Of a stretch of 64,000 bases of DNA, positions 37,801 to 48,156 are shown piece by piece. The stretch is from contig CATNEN010000038.1 in the NCBI GenBank assembly GCA_950097015.1, forward strand, positions 868,001 through 932,000, written 5' to 3'. Made by a program: the position numbers and the translations under genes. Each line of letters begins with the position of its first letter. Position 1 is the first letter of the stretch. Under the pieces are notes generated by a model, which was not told the origin of the DNA, made no database searches, and saw nothing but the letters and a program-made list of their open reading frames with translations. The stretch comes from Macrostomum hystrix (Eukaryota; Animalia; Platyhelminthes).

Positions 37801-38294
37801 AGCCCCGCCTGTGCACTGGCAGCGAGAAACCCGAAAATTCAGCCGCCGAGCCTCTCGGAGAGTCTGTCAAGATAGACCTGTGGTGTCGCCACCGGCCCAG
37901 TACAAATTACTGACCGGTGAGGCAAAAGTGTGATGACTTACCTGTACGATATACTATTTGTTACATGAACAGTGAGTGCAGCGACTGTTAACTATCGATC
38001 TTACTTATAGCTTGACTGGTCAATTTACTTTGTTCAACGTGCAGATAACTCTCCATAGAAAGCAAATCGATCCATGACAAGTTTGTTCAGATCAAAATAG
38101 TTGACCTTGTTATTTCACTTTCATTTCAGGCGCCAGCAGGCAGTTAAAGTGCCGAGTTCAGGCATTCCATTATGTCGGAGGGATACCTTAACTTGGTAAC
38201 GCGGACCCAGAAAGTTTGACCAATGAAATTCTAAAATACATCTCTCAAGGTAAGCAGAATCCTATAGCTCCTTCTCCTCAATTAAAGCCGCCTG

Positions 38295-38330
38295 GAATTG
38301 AGCGCATGCGTGATGGAAGATCAAGTGAGT
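38295..38330 (+). promoter_or_regulatory. NRF1-like motif and 5' splice donor upstream of the CTDSP-like gene
   Basis: GCGCATGCGT at ~38302, with donor-like AA|GTGAGT at ~38325 and AAG|GTAAGC at ~38250. An acceptor-like TTTCCTTTAG at ~39289 precedes the ATG. Confidence 0.35.
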
Positions 38331-39384
38331 TAACTCTGAATTGAAGTGTTAAAAAATTTACAATTTTTTCATAATAATTTTTTTATGAATTGGCTGCCTG
38401 TAAACCATTTTGTGTTTGTTTGCTTCCGTTTCATTTCGAACTGATAGAATGATCGTTATTCCTTCTTTCGTGGAAAGTTAGCACCGTTTTGAAGTTTCGA
38501 TTCACGCCTCTTAAGATAAAAAAATAGTAAATTTTCAACAGTTTTTAGACTTATTGCCCACTAGTAGTAGCCAGAAAGTTATATAATGGGTTCATCCATT
38601 TATGGAGTGATGATTAGGAGATAATTTAAAGCTTTTTATGATTCTTCGTTTGATAAACTAAGCCTATATAGGGCCTAATAAATGTGCCTTGCAAGATACT
38701 TTTGGAAGTTCAAATTTCAAACACAACTGAGTTACTAGCACACTGAATGAAAATACTTTCTTCTAATAGCAGAATGACTAAATACAGATGCTGCTCATTT
38801 TGCTAAGTACATTTCTTCTTGTGCTAAAACCCTCGAGGTACTGATTTTCTCTTTGATATTGTCATTGATAGCTAGCAGCTAGATATAAAAAGTGAGGCTT
38901 CTTAGCTTAGCTACAAATTCAAAAGTAACTAGCTAGCTAGAAAGTTTTTTTTGAAAAGGTCTAGTTGCTAATGAATACAGATTTATATTGATCAGATCAT
39001 CCTGTCAGTAGGCCCCTATATCTAAATTTACTTAAGTTAGTTAGGCCTATATATTCTGTAAAGCTAGGCCTAGTAAAAGAAATTAACAATGGCTGCCTAG
39101 AATTATATTGCTGCAATTTTTTTAACCATAGTGGCATAGTTGCAATAGTACAGGCTTATTCAATCTAAGTACAACACATTTTACTTCCCTTGTAGTAATA
39201 GTATATAGGCCTAGCTAGTAGATAACAGCTTTCAGAAGTTAGGCCTATATTTAAACATTCCAAACTATTTTTATCTGATTTTCCTTTAGTTTGTTGCAAC
39301 ATACCAAGCAAGAAAGTGTAGGCACCTAGATTATTGAATTCAAGCCAAGCTAAGCCAGCTAGCTAGCTAGCTGAGGATTATTAG

Positions 39385-42335
39385 ATGGATCCAGCATCAC
39401 TTATAACTCAAGCAAAAAGATCAGAAGTTAGGCCTAATTCAGAGAATAATGACCCAGTAATTTTGAAACAAAATACAATTGGCAATTCCGAGTCTATTGA
39501 TAAAAATAGTAATGATAAGGAATACAAAAGTACATGTGAGCCATTAAAGAATAAAAAAACTTCTACTTTTGAATTTTCTTCAAGTAAGTTCAATAATTTT
39601 TTACAATGTTTGTCAATTTTTTTGTAATTAGTGTTTTTTGTTATAAATAGACTATCAAACAAAAAGATGATATCCATACTATTTTTATACTAGGGCCTAG
39701 CCCTAGTCCAATGTTACTTCACACAGGAGTATAAGCCATTAACTGGTTTTGTTCACAATGTTAGGATATAGAAGTTTAGTATTTTTGCTTGTAAATGTAA
39801 TATATACAAACAGCCAAGAGGCATTTTTTAATTTTTAATTTAATTTTTTGTAAATTAAATAATAACTTGGTGATATTTTAAATAAATTATTCTATTAGAT
39901 AAAAACTACTATTTAAATCTTATTTACAAAAATAAGGAAAAGGCAAAATAGCTAGGCATAAAACAAAAACCCAGAAAAGAAAGCTATAAGAAGTGTATTC
40001 TAATTTAAAACAATTTTTTAATATTTTAATTGTTTTACTTATAGCACAGTTTCAAATTATAGTACTTTTAGCATCTAGCTCTACCCAAAGAGAATTTGTT
40101 GAGTAGAGCTATTAAAAGCAATTCAGAAAGTTCTCTTTAACATAGAACAATAAGAACACATAAAATACAATGCACCAGAACAAGCTTATTTACTTGGATT
40201 CTATACCCAACATTTCCAATGGACTAACAAGACCTGAACACTTACCCATGTAGGCCAGCCAAGTTTCGGCAGCAGATTTCTCAGCCAGCTCCTCTGCTGC
40301 TTTGGCCTGGGACATGTGCCAGACTATCACTATGGCAACGGTGCTGTTGACAGTCAGTGCATTGTGGTGGATAGTAGCATGCCTGAGGTCGCGCCACCAA
40401 ACCCTGACACCACAACTGACAGTGTGGCTAATTGTGATTGGACAGATGAGACTCATGTTTTATTGTCTGATTCTAATAATCCCGAATCGGCTATTTCCCC
40501 CGGCCTATTGAGCCCACCTGTGCCAGATGTGGCTGGCAGAATCTGTGCCGTCATCGACCTGGATGAGACTCTGGTGCACAGCTCATTTCAGGTGAGAAAT
40601 TTAACTGTGCTAATAGCCATGTCTGCCAAATTAACTGTGCTGCTTCATATATCCCCTTCATTCTATCCTCCCCACTTCCCCTTCCATTCTACCCTGTCTC
40701 CCCACCTCCCCTTTCGACCCTGTCTCCCCACCTCCCCTTTCTTTTTACCCCTGTCTCCTCAGTTCCCCTTCCTTTCTACCCCTGTCTCCCCGCATCCCTT
40801 CCTTTCTAACTCTGTGTCCCCACATCCCTTCCTTTCTACCCCTGTCTCCCCACATCCCTTCCTTTCTACCCCTGTCTCCTCAGTTCCCCTTCCTTTCTAC
40901 CCCTGTCTCCCCACATCCCTTCCTTTCTACCCTGTCTCCCCACCTCCCCTTCCTTTCTACCCCTGTCTCCCCACATCCCTTCCTTTCTACCAGTCTCCTC
41001 ATTTCACCTTCCTTTCTACCCCTGTCTCCCCACATCCCTTCCTTTCTACCCCTGTCTCCTCAGTTCCCCTTCCTTTCTACCCCTGTCTCCCCACATCCCT
41101 TCCTTTCTACCATTGTCTCCCCATTTCCCCTTTATTTTCTACCCGGTCTCCCCACCTCCCCTTCCTTTCTACCCCTTTTCCCTATCTGCCCTTCCTATCT
41201 TTCTACCCCTATCTATCTCCCCATCTACCCTTCATTTCTACGAATCCCCTTTGTACGATATACGACCCACTTTCTTTATCCGTCTTCCCTTCCCCCTTTG
41301 TTTATATTCCTAATCCAGTATTTGCTTTCAGAAGCCCCTTTTATAACCCCACAGTGTTCCGAGGAGGCGGACTTTTCCATCGAGGTGGAGGTTGAAGGCG
41401 TTCAGCACCAGATCTTCGTCATGAAGCGGCCGTTCGTGGACGAATTTCTCGCTCGAGTTGGTCAGCTGTTCGAGTGCGTGCTCTTCACCGCCAGCATGGG
41501 GAAGGTAGAGTTGTTTTCGCAGCGTTTCTTGTAAATAAAATCGATTAGCGGGTTTAATTCTGGATCAGGATTCGAACCCATGACCTTGCCCTCTCTGCGC
41601 AGTACGCGGACCCTGTCACGGATGCGCTGGACCCCGGCGGAGCTATCAGGCACCGCCTGTTTCGCGAGGCCTGCGTCTTTCACTACGACAGCTACGTCAA
41701 GGATCTCGGCACTCTGGGCAGGCCGCTGGACCGCTGCTTCATCATCGACAACTCCCCAGCTGCCTACATGTTCAATCTGGAGCATGCGGTGAGCCACTGC
41801 CTATTCAGGGATGTCGGGAACGTAAATAGATATTTGAGATCTTCTTCTGGAGCCAATAGGGCATCTCACGAGTTTAAAGAATCCTAGGATCCAAATTGTT
41901 GGTTATTTTCTTACTTATTGTAACGCTCTGCAATAATAACAATTATTCTATTGTTATTATCATTAGCAGATGGACTACCAAGCCATTTTGCCGCCCGTTT
42001 TTAGCTTGCGTTGCTCCGTTCGGGTGTAGCACAAAAAGTTGTCAGGGGATGGGAATTTCCCCCTTTGGCAGTTTTACTGTTAACAGTATCGTGATCCGGA
42101 AGGTAAAAGTACAGGCTTATTATTAGTACAAGTCTCCTCCCCGCAGATTCATGTGAGCACCTGGACAGGTGAACCGGGCGATACCGAGCTGCGGGACCTG
42201 CTGCCCTACCTGGAAGGCCTGGCCAAGGCTGAGTCAGTGTCCGAGTATTTCAGAGCTAATCCATCGCCAACTGGGACACCCATCTCCATGGCTCAGGTGC
42301 TGGTTGCCATGCAGAATGCGGCTGTTGAGTCCTAG
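39385..42335 (+). CDS. CTDSPL: CTD small phosphatase (SCP/CTDSP-like, HAD/NIF family)
   Basis: Exons 39385-39583 (MDPASLITQ, cf. CTDSP N-terminus), 40254-40591 (LLCCF; catalytic [11 protein letters not shown]), 41355-41504 (KRPFVDEFL...ECVLFTAS), 41603-41788 (YADPV.D.LD...RLFREAC...YVKDL..LGR...IIDNSP) and 42147-42335 ([12 protein letters not shown]). The exact paralog cannot be assigned. Confidence 0.9.
40660..41250. repeat. Pyrimidine-rich ~28-30-bp intronic minisatellite (CCCTTCCTTTCTACCCCTGTCTCCCCACAT)
   Basis: Visible degenerate tandem array in a CTDSP intron; it explains the spurious Pro/Phe-rich extension of ORF 40316-41395. Confidence 0.9.
41967..42079. mobile_element. Internally deleted copy of the 27233 TTAA element
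   Basis: CTACCAAGCCATTTTGCCGCCCGTTTTTA and CCGTTCGGGTG...GTCAGGGGATGGGAATTTCCCCCTTTGGCAGTTTTACTG|TTAA match the two ends of 27233-27846. Confidence 0.75.
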
Positions 42336-43309
42336 ACTACTCACTGGGCCCGCTAGAAAATATATATCCTAGACCCGAGAGACCCGCAACACTAATAATC
42401 AGTTGTTAATTCAGGTGTTTATTACACAGTTAGTTGCTCTCTGTCCTTAGTGTCTTCATTGATTTATCGCTAATGTCTTCCAATCGTGTGTTTTCTTGTC
42501 ATTTTTAATGAGTTTTTTAAATAGCATTTTCTATGCAAAAATGTATTGTGAATTTTACAACATGATGTTAGACTCGTACCTAATTGTTCGTGTCAATCTG
42601 TAGAAGCATTGTTGTTGCCTAGCCAAACCCAGTCCATGGACTGAACATCTGTACGCTGCCTTCAAAAGAGCCGTACGAAAGCTGCTGTGCAACTGGATAT
42701 TTTGTCATTTAAATTTCATCTGTGTCAAATCTTCTGCTGACTGAAAATTCCAACTCCTGGTAATGAAGTCGCGTTAATATGGAAAACGTTTTTCCGAAGC
42801 TTGGCATAGTTCAACCCGATTTATAGGGACTGATTGTCTTCCAATAGGTTTATTTTATCTGAATTATGTATTCTAACATTGTCCACTTATTATTTATCGA
42901 AACATTTTATGTCTATTTATTTGCGCTTCTATCCAAGTTTTGAATCGGTGCGAGTTTCTTGTTTCTTAGAATGACTTGTGCCTTCCTCCAAATGCCAGCT
43001 ATCTTTGCGTCATTCTTTTTTATGAGATGTTGCGCCAATTAAAATTGGCCTTTCAAATCAGAATTTTTTTGTTTAAAAGAAATACGATGATTCGTTTTAC
43101 GGATTTTGTGCTGACTATTAATTAATTATCTGTGTGCTTATTGGAATAAAAAGTCACAATTCAAAGTGGCTAATAATCTAGCGGCATACGTTATCATATT
43201 TTTATAACAATATAGCTTTTGAATCTTCACTAATTTTTTATATAGCTATTTTAACACAATTTTAGTATATGTTGATCTCATTTTCCATTGTTATAAACTT
43301 ATCTCCCTA

Positions 43310-43905
43310 ATCTCCCCTCTTTTCTACCCCTGGCTCTCTCATCTCCCCTCCCCTCCTTTCTACCCCTGGCTCCCTTATCTCCCCTCCTTTCCACCCCTGG
43401 CTCCCTTATCTCCCCTCTTTTCTACCCCTGGCTCCCTTATCTCCCCTCCTTTCCACCCCTGGCTCCCTTATCTCCCCTCTTTTCTACCCCTGGCTCCCTC
43501 ATCTCCCCTCCTTTCTACCCCTGGCTCCCTTATCTCCCTCCTTTCTACTCCTGGCTACCTCATCTCCCCTCCTTTCTACCCCTGGCTCCCTCATCTTCCC
43601 TCCTTTCTACCCCTGGCTACCTCATCTCCCCTCCTTTCTACCCCTGTCTTGCTATCTCCCCTCCTTTCTAGCCCTGGCTCTCTTATCTCCCCTCCCCTCC
43701 TTTCTACCCCTGGCTCCCTTATCTCCCCTCCTTTCTACCCCTGGCTCCCTTATCTCCCCTCCTTTCTACCCTGGCACTCTCATCTCCCCTCCTCTCTTTT
43801 CTACCCCTGACTCCCTTATCTCCCCTCCTTTCTACCCCTGTCTCGCTATCTCCCCTCCTTTCTACCCCTGGCTCCCTCATCTCCTCTCCTTTCTACCCCT
43901 GTCCT
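43310..43905. repeat. Pyrimidine-rich ~31-bp minisatellite (ATCTCCCCTCCTTTCTACCCCTGGCTCCCTT), ~19 copies
   Basis: Visible tandem array upstream of the BEN-domain ORF. Confidence 0.92.
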
Positions 43906-44076
43906 CAAATTCTACTCTTTCAGTTTAATAGGCTCTTTATCTTTAGTATCTTGTGTCTAGCTAATCGAATAACAATCAGCAATTGCACTCTCCCTCTGTT
44001 TCTATGTGATTTTACAAAGCCTCTTTTCCTGATATTGTTTCTAGTTCGAATTGAAGCCAGTCGCGGTTGATCTACA

Positions 44077-44907
44077 ATGAAAGGCGATCCGGATGGTTCT
44101 GGACCCGATAACAGTCCTGCGGTGGCCTCCAGCTCACAGCCGCGTGAGGAATGCAACCGCTTAGCTCAAGAAAATCGGTTACTGACGGCCAGTGTGGCCG
44201 AGCTGAGGCGCGAACTGTCGAGCTATCGTCAGTTAGCCAGCCAGCTGCAGGCCGAGAATTTGGCTCTGAATCTGCAGGTCACCGAGCTGCAGTGCCGGCT
44301 GCGGTCGGCCAATCAGCGGCTGCAAAGCTCCGCCAGTGTGTCTCAGAGCATGGCCGCCCAGGCCCAGCTGCTGACCAGCCTCCTGAGCGCTGATGCCATC
44401 CACAATGCCAGCATTGCCGCGAATATGTTCAGCCTGCCCACTGATGAAGACACAGCGGTGACAATTAGCGACTCCGAAGTGGTTGAGTCAGCCTCCGAGC
44501 ATGGTCTTGAGACTTCTGAGTCTTCCAGAGCCACCCATTCTGGCGTGCCGCTGGTGCCGGGGACTCCAGATGTCACTGTGTCAAATGAGGACGCTTCCGA
44601 CATCAAGCTTTTGCTTGAATCGTTTCAAGCCGATCAAGGGCAAGGCAACCTCTGCCATCTCATCCGGCGCATCATCAGAGCTGTCTTTACTGCCAACGAG
44701 CTGATGCAGACGTCCTGGTTCGGCCGTGTCAACTCCGTCGGTATCAGCTCTGAGGCCGACCCGAAGAAAAAGCAAGCTATTATGGAATTCCTGCGGGTCT
44801 GCGGGGTGCCCTGCGATAACTCTACCCTGGCCAGGTTCTACCGAGGCATCGGCTGCCTCCATCGGCGAACAGCTCGACTGCGGGCCGGCAGGAAGAGCGC
44901 TGATTGA
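44077..44907 (+). CDS. Coiled-coil + C-terminal BEN-domain protein (single coding exon)
   Basis: 276-aa ORF with N-terminal heptads and an acidic linker. The C-terminal LIRRIIRAVFTANELMQTSWFGR...DPKKKQAIMEFL fits the BEN pattern (L..lF..eEL...s..G......LDP.k...I). Confidence 0.7.
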   Translation: MKGDPDGSGPDNSPAVASSSQPREECNRLAQENRLLTASVAELRRELSSYRQLASQLQAENLALNLQVTELQCRLRSANQRLQSSASVSQSMAAQAQLLTSLLSADAIHNASIAANMFSLPTDEDTAVTISDSEVVESASEHGLETSESSRATHSGVPLVPGTPDVTVSNEDASDIKLLLESFQADQGQGNLCHLIRRIIRAVFTANELMQTSWFGRVNSVGISSEADPKKKQAIMEFLRVCGVPCDNSTLARFYRGIGCLHRRTARLRAGRKSAD

Positions 44908-44939
44908 TCTGAATGCTTTAAAACTAGTGCGTTGGTTAA

Positions 44940-45131
44940 CAGTAGAAAGACCATTGTGATATTTCAAAGGCCTACATTTTTCTTTTCTTGTTTATCTCCA
45001 AAAAATTCAATGAAAATGCATTGAATATTATCTTCCGTGGCTAAAACTTACCACTTTAGCAGAATCACAAAAATCGGAATTTGAAATAGCCCAATGTTCT
45101 TCCCCAAGGGGGTATAGCGGTCTTTCTACTG
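44940..45131. mobile_element. 192-bp TTAA-flanked MITE
   Basis: TTAA|CAGTAGAAAGACC...GGTCTTTCTACTG|TTAA: a perfect 13-bp TIR with the same CAGTAGA terminus as the 27233 element. Confidence 0.85.
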
Positions 45132-45934
45132 TTAATCTGCTAAAATACTTTATGTAACTTTGTAATAAAACACAGGTGGGCCAAGTATTTGTCAAGTTTA
45201 CCTTGCTGCACCTCGATAAGTGTGTTTCTGCGGCTGTCCTCAATCCTTTGCAGCGCATTTAAAGTAAACATGGACACACATTTTATGAACATTGTTTATC
45301 TAGATAGGCATCGCGTGTATTCGTGTTTCTAAAGTTTATTCTAAGATTCTCTAAGCTGGAGGTTTTTTATGCTGTCCGAGGTTCAGGTTTGCAAACTTGT
45401 TAATGCTAAACACCCAATCTGTGCTGTTTTCATTCTCTTTTCATATGATTTTTAAAGTCAGGATGCGCTAAAGTTTTGGATTTGTGCATCTGCATTTGTT
45501 TATTAGAGTGAGTGCATTTCTAAGCTATCCGTGGTATTTGTTTTAAGTGAAAATAAATTTTCGTCGTCTCTTTACTTAAATTTTTCTAAGCTCATCCTTC
45601 AATTCAAAACAGCGCCTCATTCGTTTTTTCAGCACTCTGAGAAACTTCATGTTCTGCTGAATTAAAAAAAAGAAAATATACTTTGTTACACCACGTTTTG
45701 TTCTTGATGTTTTTCGCAATTTTTTAACCTTGCAATTTAGTGAGTAAATTTTGCAATGATTATTTCATATTCAATATTTTTCTATATTGTTCTTCAATAT
45801 TCTACTCAACTGCTTGTGTCACTGCCATGCACAATGAAACTAGCCTGAGTTTGCTGATCCCATTCACTCTTCAAGTGGCTGACACAGACAGGCAGTATTA
45901 AAGTTTGCTACGTTTCTTCCAGTCCATTCACGCG

Positions 45935-47101
45935 ATGGAGAGTCCAGCAATACCAGCTGATGCAATCAATATCAAAACTATTTTGTGCCAGTCGTTCGGC
46001 CTCAAAGACTGCGATGGTGACAGATGCATCGAGGACGTCGGCGAGGAGATGACAGGCGACACGGGATTTCTTAGTTTCAGGCGTCGAATGAGGATCAAGA
46101 AGGGAGAGACAACAATTTGTGTTTTTCTCAAATTTAGCGACAAAAGCCGACATGACTTGGGTCAGCTGCAGAACTTCTGCAATCATTTCTGTCCGCGCGA
46201 GTGTCTCTTCTACGGCTGCTTCGCGCCGCTGCTGGAGCGGACCGCCGCACAACTCGGCATCGGCAGCATCGGACTGCCCACCGTGTACCAGGAGCTGGTG
46301 CAGCCCACTGGCACTATCATTGTGATGGAGGACCTCGGCGAGGCAGGCTTCGAGCTCGCCCCAGCCGTGATGAACGCAGACGAGGCCCGCTGCATCCTGT
46401 CGAGTCTGGCTCGAGTGCAGGCCGCGTTCTGGCTCACGAGGGCTCGGCTGGGCGGCCAGGCGGATGCTCTGCTCGGCCCGGCCTCGCCAATGCGTGATTC
46501 TGTTAAATCCCTTGCTGAGGCTGGCATTAACTTCGGTGACATGCTCACCGGCTACTTTCATATTTTTCGTCGCGAGTTCATCAAGTACCTAAAGAGTGAG
46601 AAGCGAATCGCCATCATCAATGCTTACCTTGATAACGGCTTTCTAGACAAGAGTCGCGAAGCCCTTAGCTCGGACCAAGGCGACACGGAGGTTTTGGGTG
46701 TTACGCATGGGGACCTTTGGTACAACAACTGCATGCTGCGAAGAGACACCAGCGGACAGCCGGTGGAATGTCGTCTTATCGACTGGCAGGTGTTCAGCCT
46801 TGGCACACCTGGCCACGACTTTGGTCTGCTGTGGATTTCCAGCATCGACAATGCTCTTGTCATTGACGAGCTGCTTCCATGCATTGATTTCTTCCACGAT
46901 TCCGTCCGGTCGCTCTGCCAGGTTGGCTTGCCAGACCAAGAGTTCCCAGCATCCCGGGAACAGATGAGGCGATGGGCCATTGACTCCCTGCGGTATGGCA
47001 TCATCATGACGGTCATGTCTGTTGAAATTCTGTCTGTTATTCGTCGACCCGACAATTGGCTTGCGAACATCGCCGACCTGATCGAGCGCTTCAACTTATG
47101 A
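45935..47101 (+). CDS. Ecdysteroid-kinase-like / CHK kinase-like (EcKL, APH/choline-kinase fold) protein, paralog 1
   Basis: Intronless ORF with F.K, RECLFY, IVMEDL...GF, LARVQA, the Brenner motif THGDLWYNN and LIDWQ. An acceptor-like TTCTTCCAG lies just upstream of ATG 45935. Confidence 0.85.
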   Translation: MESPAIPADAINIKTILCQSFGLKDCDGDRCIEDVGEEMTGDTGFLSFRRRMRIKKGETTICVFLKFSDKSRHDLGQLQNFCNHFCPRECLFYGCFAPLLERTAAQLGIGSIGLPTVYQELVQPTGTIIVMEDLGEAGFELAPAVMNADEARCILSSLARVQAAFWLTRARLGGQADALLGPASPMRDSVKSLAEAGINFGDMLTGYFHIFRREFIKYLKSEKRIAIINAYLDNGFLDKSREALSSDQGDTEVLGVTHGDLWYNNCMLRRDTSGQPVECRLIDWQVFSLGTPGHDFGLLWISSIDNALVIDELLPCIDFFHDSVRSLCQVGLPDQEFPASREQMRRWAIDSLRYGIIMTVMSVEILSVIRRPDNWLANIADLIERFNL

Positions 47102-48156
47102 ACATCTGTGGATTCCCTGCGAACTTGGAATTCGGAATGAGCTCGTCCAGAATATGATTGCGTTACGCATGTCGTTTACGTTACGTACGGTACGTTGCGT
47201 TACGTACGCGCCAATAAATGCGAAATAATTTTTTTTAGGCCTAAACAAGACGATATAGTTATTTGCTGTCTTATCTCCGATAAATTCCTTTAGACTGCAA
47301 ATATTTTTCGGCCATAGAAGAAACTACGAGTAAAAAAGTCCTACCTTTATGTCAACTGGTTACAACGCGAGCTGTACTATGGCCTTTTATTTGACAACAA
47401 AAAATAGTTATTGGGGGCTTTTAGCACTGACACTTATTTGGCGACAGTCGACCCGTAGTCAGCCGGGAGGCAATTGTGCTGCACATTCCACTGAATCCTG
47501 AGCATACGATCCTTCCAGATACGCATATTTTTAGGCAGTGTACTCTCCCTGTGCCTATGAGTTTTGGTCCTCATGAGCGAAAATAGAACTATAACAAACC
47601 CTAAGCATTGTCTTCTGGGCTCTGTGCAAAATCAATGTGTCCTCTGCGATCTCGGAGGTTTACCGTCAAAAACATTTAGCTGACTTTGATTATTGTCAAA
47701 TTGCTATATTACCAAAAATACAAACGTCTGCTTTGATTAGCTTCCTTGTGTCAATCAATACAAAAATCCATGATTAGAATTGTCAAATGCTAAAAAAAAC
47801 TTTTTGTTCCCGACCTTCTAATTTCTCATTCCTATTCTGTGAAAAAGTTCTCAACGCAGTTCTGTGAATAACCATGAGTTTCGCTACAATGCCTAAAGAC
47901 TTCTAAATATTTAATACCTTGCAAACCACCCAAGATCTAGCTTATCATAATGACTAAAAACATAATTTGAGATCTAAAAAAAATTTCACGCTTTTACATT
48001 GGATGTAGGTTATTGACTAAAAACGTATTCTCGTTACAGCGTGACTTAATTAACGTAAACGTGTCAGTGCGTAAGTATGCGCATTGCAAGAGAACTAACA
48101 TTTCAAAGCAAAGACGGATGAAAAATGAATTGACTTCTTGTTTCAGTCACTGCACC

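Noticed and set aside
40592-41354. Pro/Phe-rich extension of ORF 40316-41395
   Set aside because: It is read-through into a pyrimidine minisatellite intron; the conserved phosphatase sequence resumes at 41355.
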